Positions 35,235 through 35,511 of a stretch of 35,511 nt of DNA are shown one piece after another (position 1 is the stretch's first letter; each line of letters opens with the position of its first letter). The DNA lies in contig JASMAO010000102.1 of assembly GCA_030754315.1 (NCBI GenBank), positions 1 to 35,511 of the forward strand. Direction: 5' to 3'. Both the position numbers and the translations under genes were made by a program. This DNA is from SAR202 cluster bacterium (GTDB taxonomy: Bacteria; Chloroflexota; Dehalococcoidia; Lucifugimonadales; JASMAO01). A model generated the notes under the pieces. That model made no database searches, had not been told where the DNA came from, and saw only the letters and a list, made by a program, of their open reading frames with translations.

Positions 35235-35511
35235 CTATATTTCATGGTAAAGGGTTCCTCTGCTACCTATGAGCATGAGATCAAAATTCGGGAAGCTTAT
35301 GTTAGGCACGGCCGTTACGCTCACCATGGCGCATTGTCCACCATTCCACTTGAGCATCACGGACATGTAGATACCACTGTCGTTTCCTATCCCGTGACTT
35401 TCATCCACTGGTGACCCAAACCAACTCTCTCCAAGTGATATGAGTTTGGCCATGGAGTCCTTGATCTCGGCAGCAGATTTTGTATTAGCGATGCAGCGCA
35501 GGAAACGTGGC
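35235..35511 (-). CDS. 3' part of a CDS continuing past the right edge; C-terminal region resembles the Gfo/Idh/MocA beta-sheet domain
   Basis: The minus-strand frame stays open from 35511 through the listed ATG at 35453 (upstream residues PRFLRCIANTKSAAEIKDS). The segment AMVSVTAVPN...LMLIGSRGTLY parallels TATVIGGRFG...IVLIGTHGRMTF in the neighbouring gene. Confidence 0.45.
   Translation of the reverse strand, partial: PRFLRCIANTKSAAEIKDSMAKLISLGESWFGSPVDESHGIGNDSGIYMSVMLKWNGGQCAMVSVTAVPNISFPNFDLMLIGSRGTLYHEI

Noticed and set aside
1-35511. Search for CRISPR arrays, transposases, integrases, phage genes, toxin-antitoxin pairs or known defence-system signatures
   Set aside because: No regularly spaced direct repeats, no terminal inverted repeats and no diagnostic protein motifs (DDE, tyrosine/serine recombinase, Cas, restriction-modification methylase motifs) were seen in any frame.

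Overview
This 35.5 kb window looks like bacterial chromosome and is mostly housekeeping genes. GC is mid-range. The Firmicutes/Chloroflexota-like synteny and the Pro/Thr-linker surface proteins suggest a Chloroflexota-like marine heterotroph, but that is a low-confidence inference. From left to right it contains: two secreted or surface proteins; hrcA-dnaJ-prmA-rsmE; der-plsY-gpsA on the minus strand; an OTCase-like carbamoyltransferase; DUF362; a plus-strand trio of an anchored small protein, a 600-aa polytopic repeat membrane protein and an MBL hydrolase; topA; two tandem tRNA-Ser genes; a rhodanese; an orphan OmpR-type regulator with a degenerate receiver; a branched-chain catabolic block (class IV aminotransferase, 2-oxoacid dehydrogenase E1a/E1b/E2, lipB); an SDR; gatCA; and an accessory-looking hydrolase/oxidoreductase cluster (CocE/NonD hydrolase, penicillin-acylase-family Ntn hydrolase, class-A-like serine beta-lactamase homologue, amidohydrolase, two Gfo/Idh/MocA-type genes). 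I found no CRISPR array, transposase, integrase, phage genes or recognisable defence system. I also found no clear-cut novel multi-gene system. The best candidates for something undescribed are: (i) the six-fold internally repeated membrane protein and its neighbours; (ii) the cluster of beta-lactam/N-acyl-amide-type hydrolases that all lack signal peptides; (iii) the pseudo-receiver regulator; (iv) a surface protein with a non-canonical C-terminal sorting signal; and (v) an OTCase homologue with altered catalytic motifs. All family assignments come from reading motifs by eye. No searches were run.
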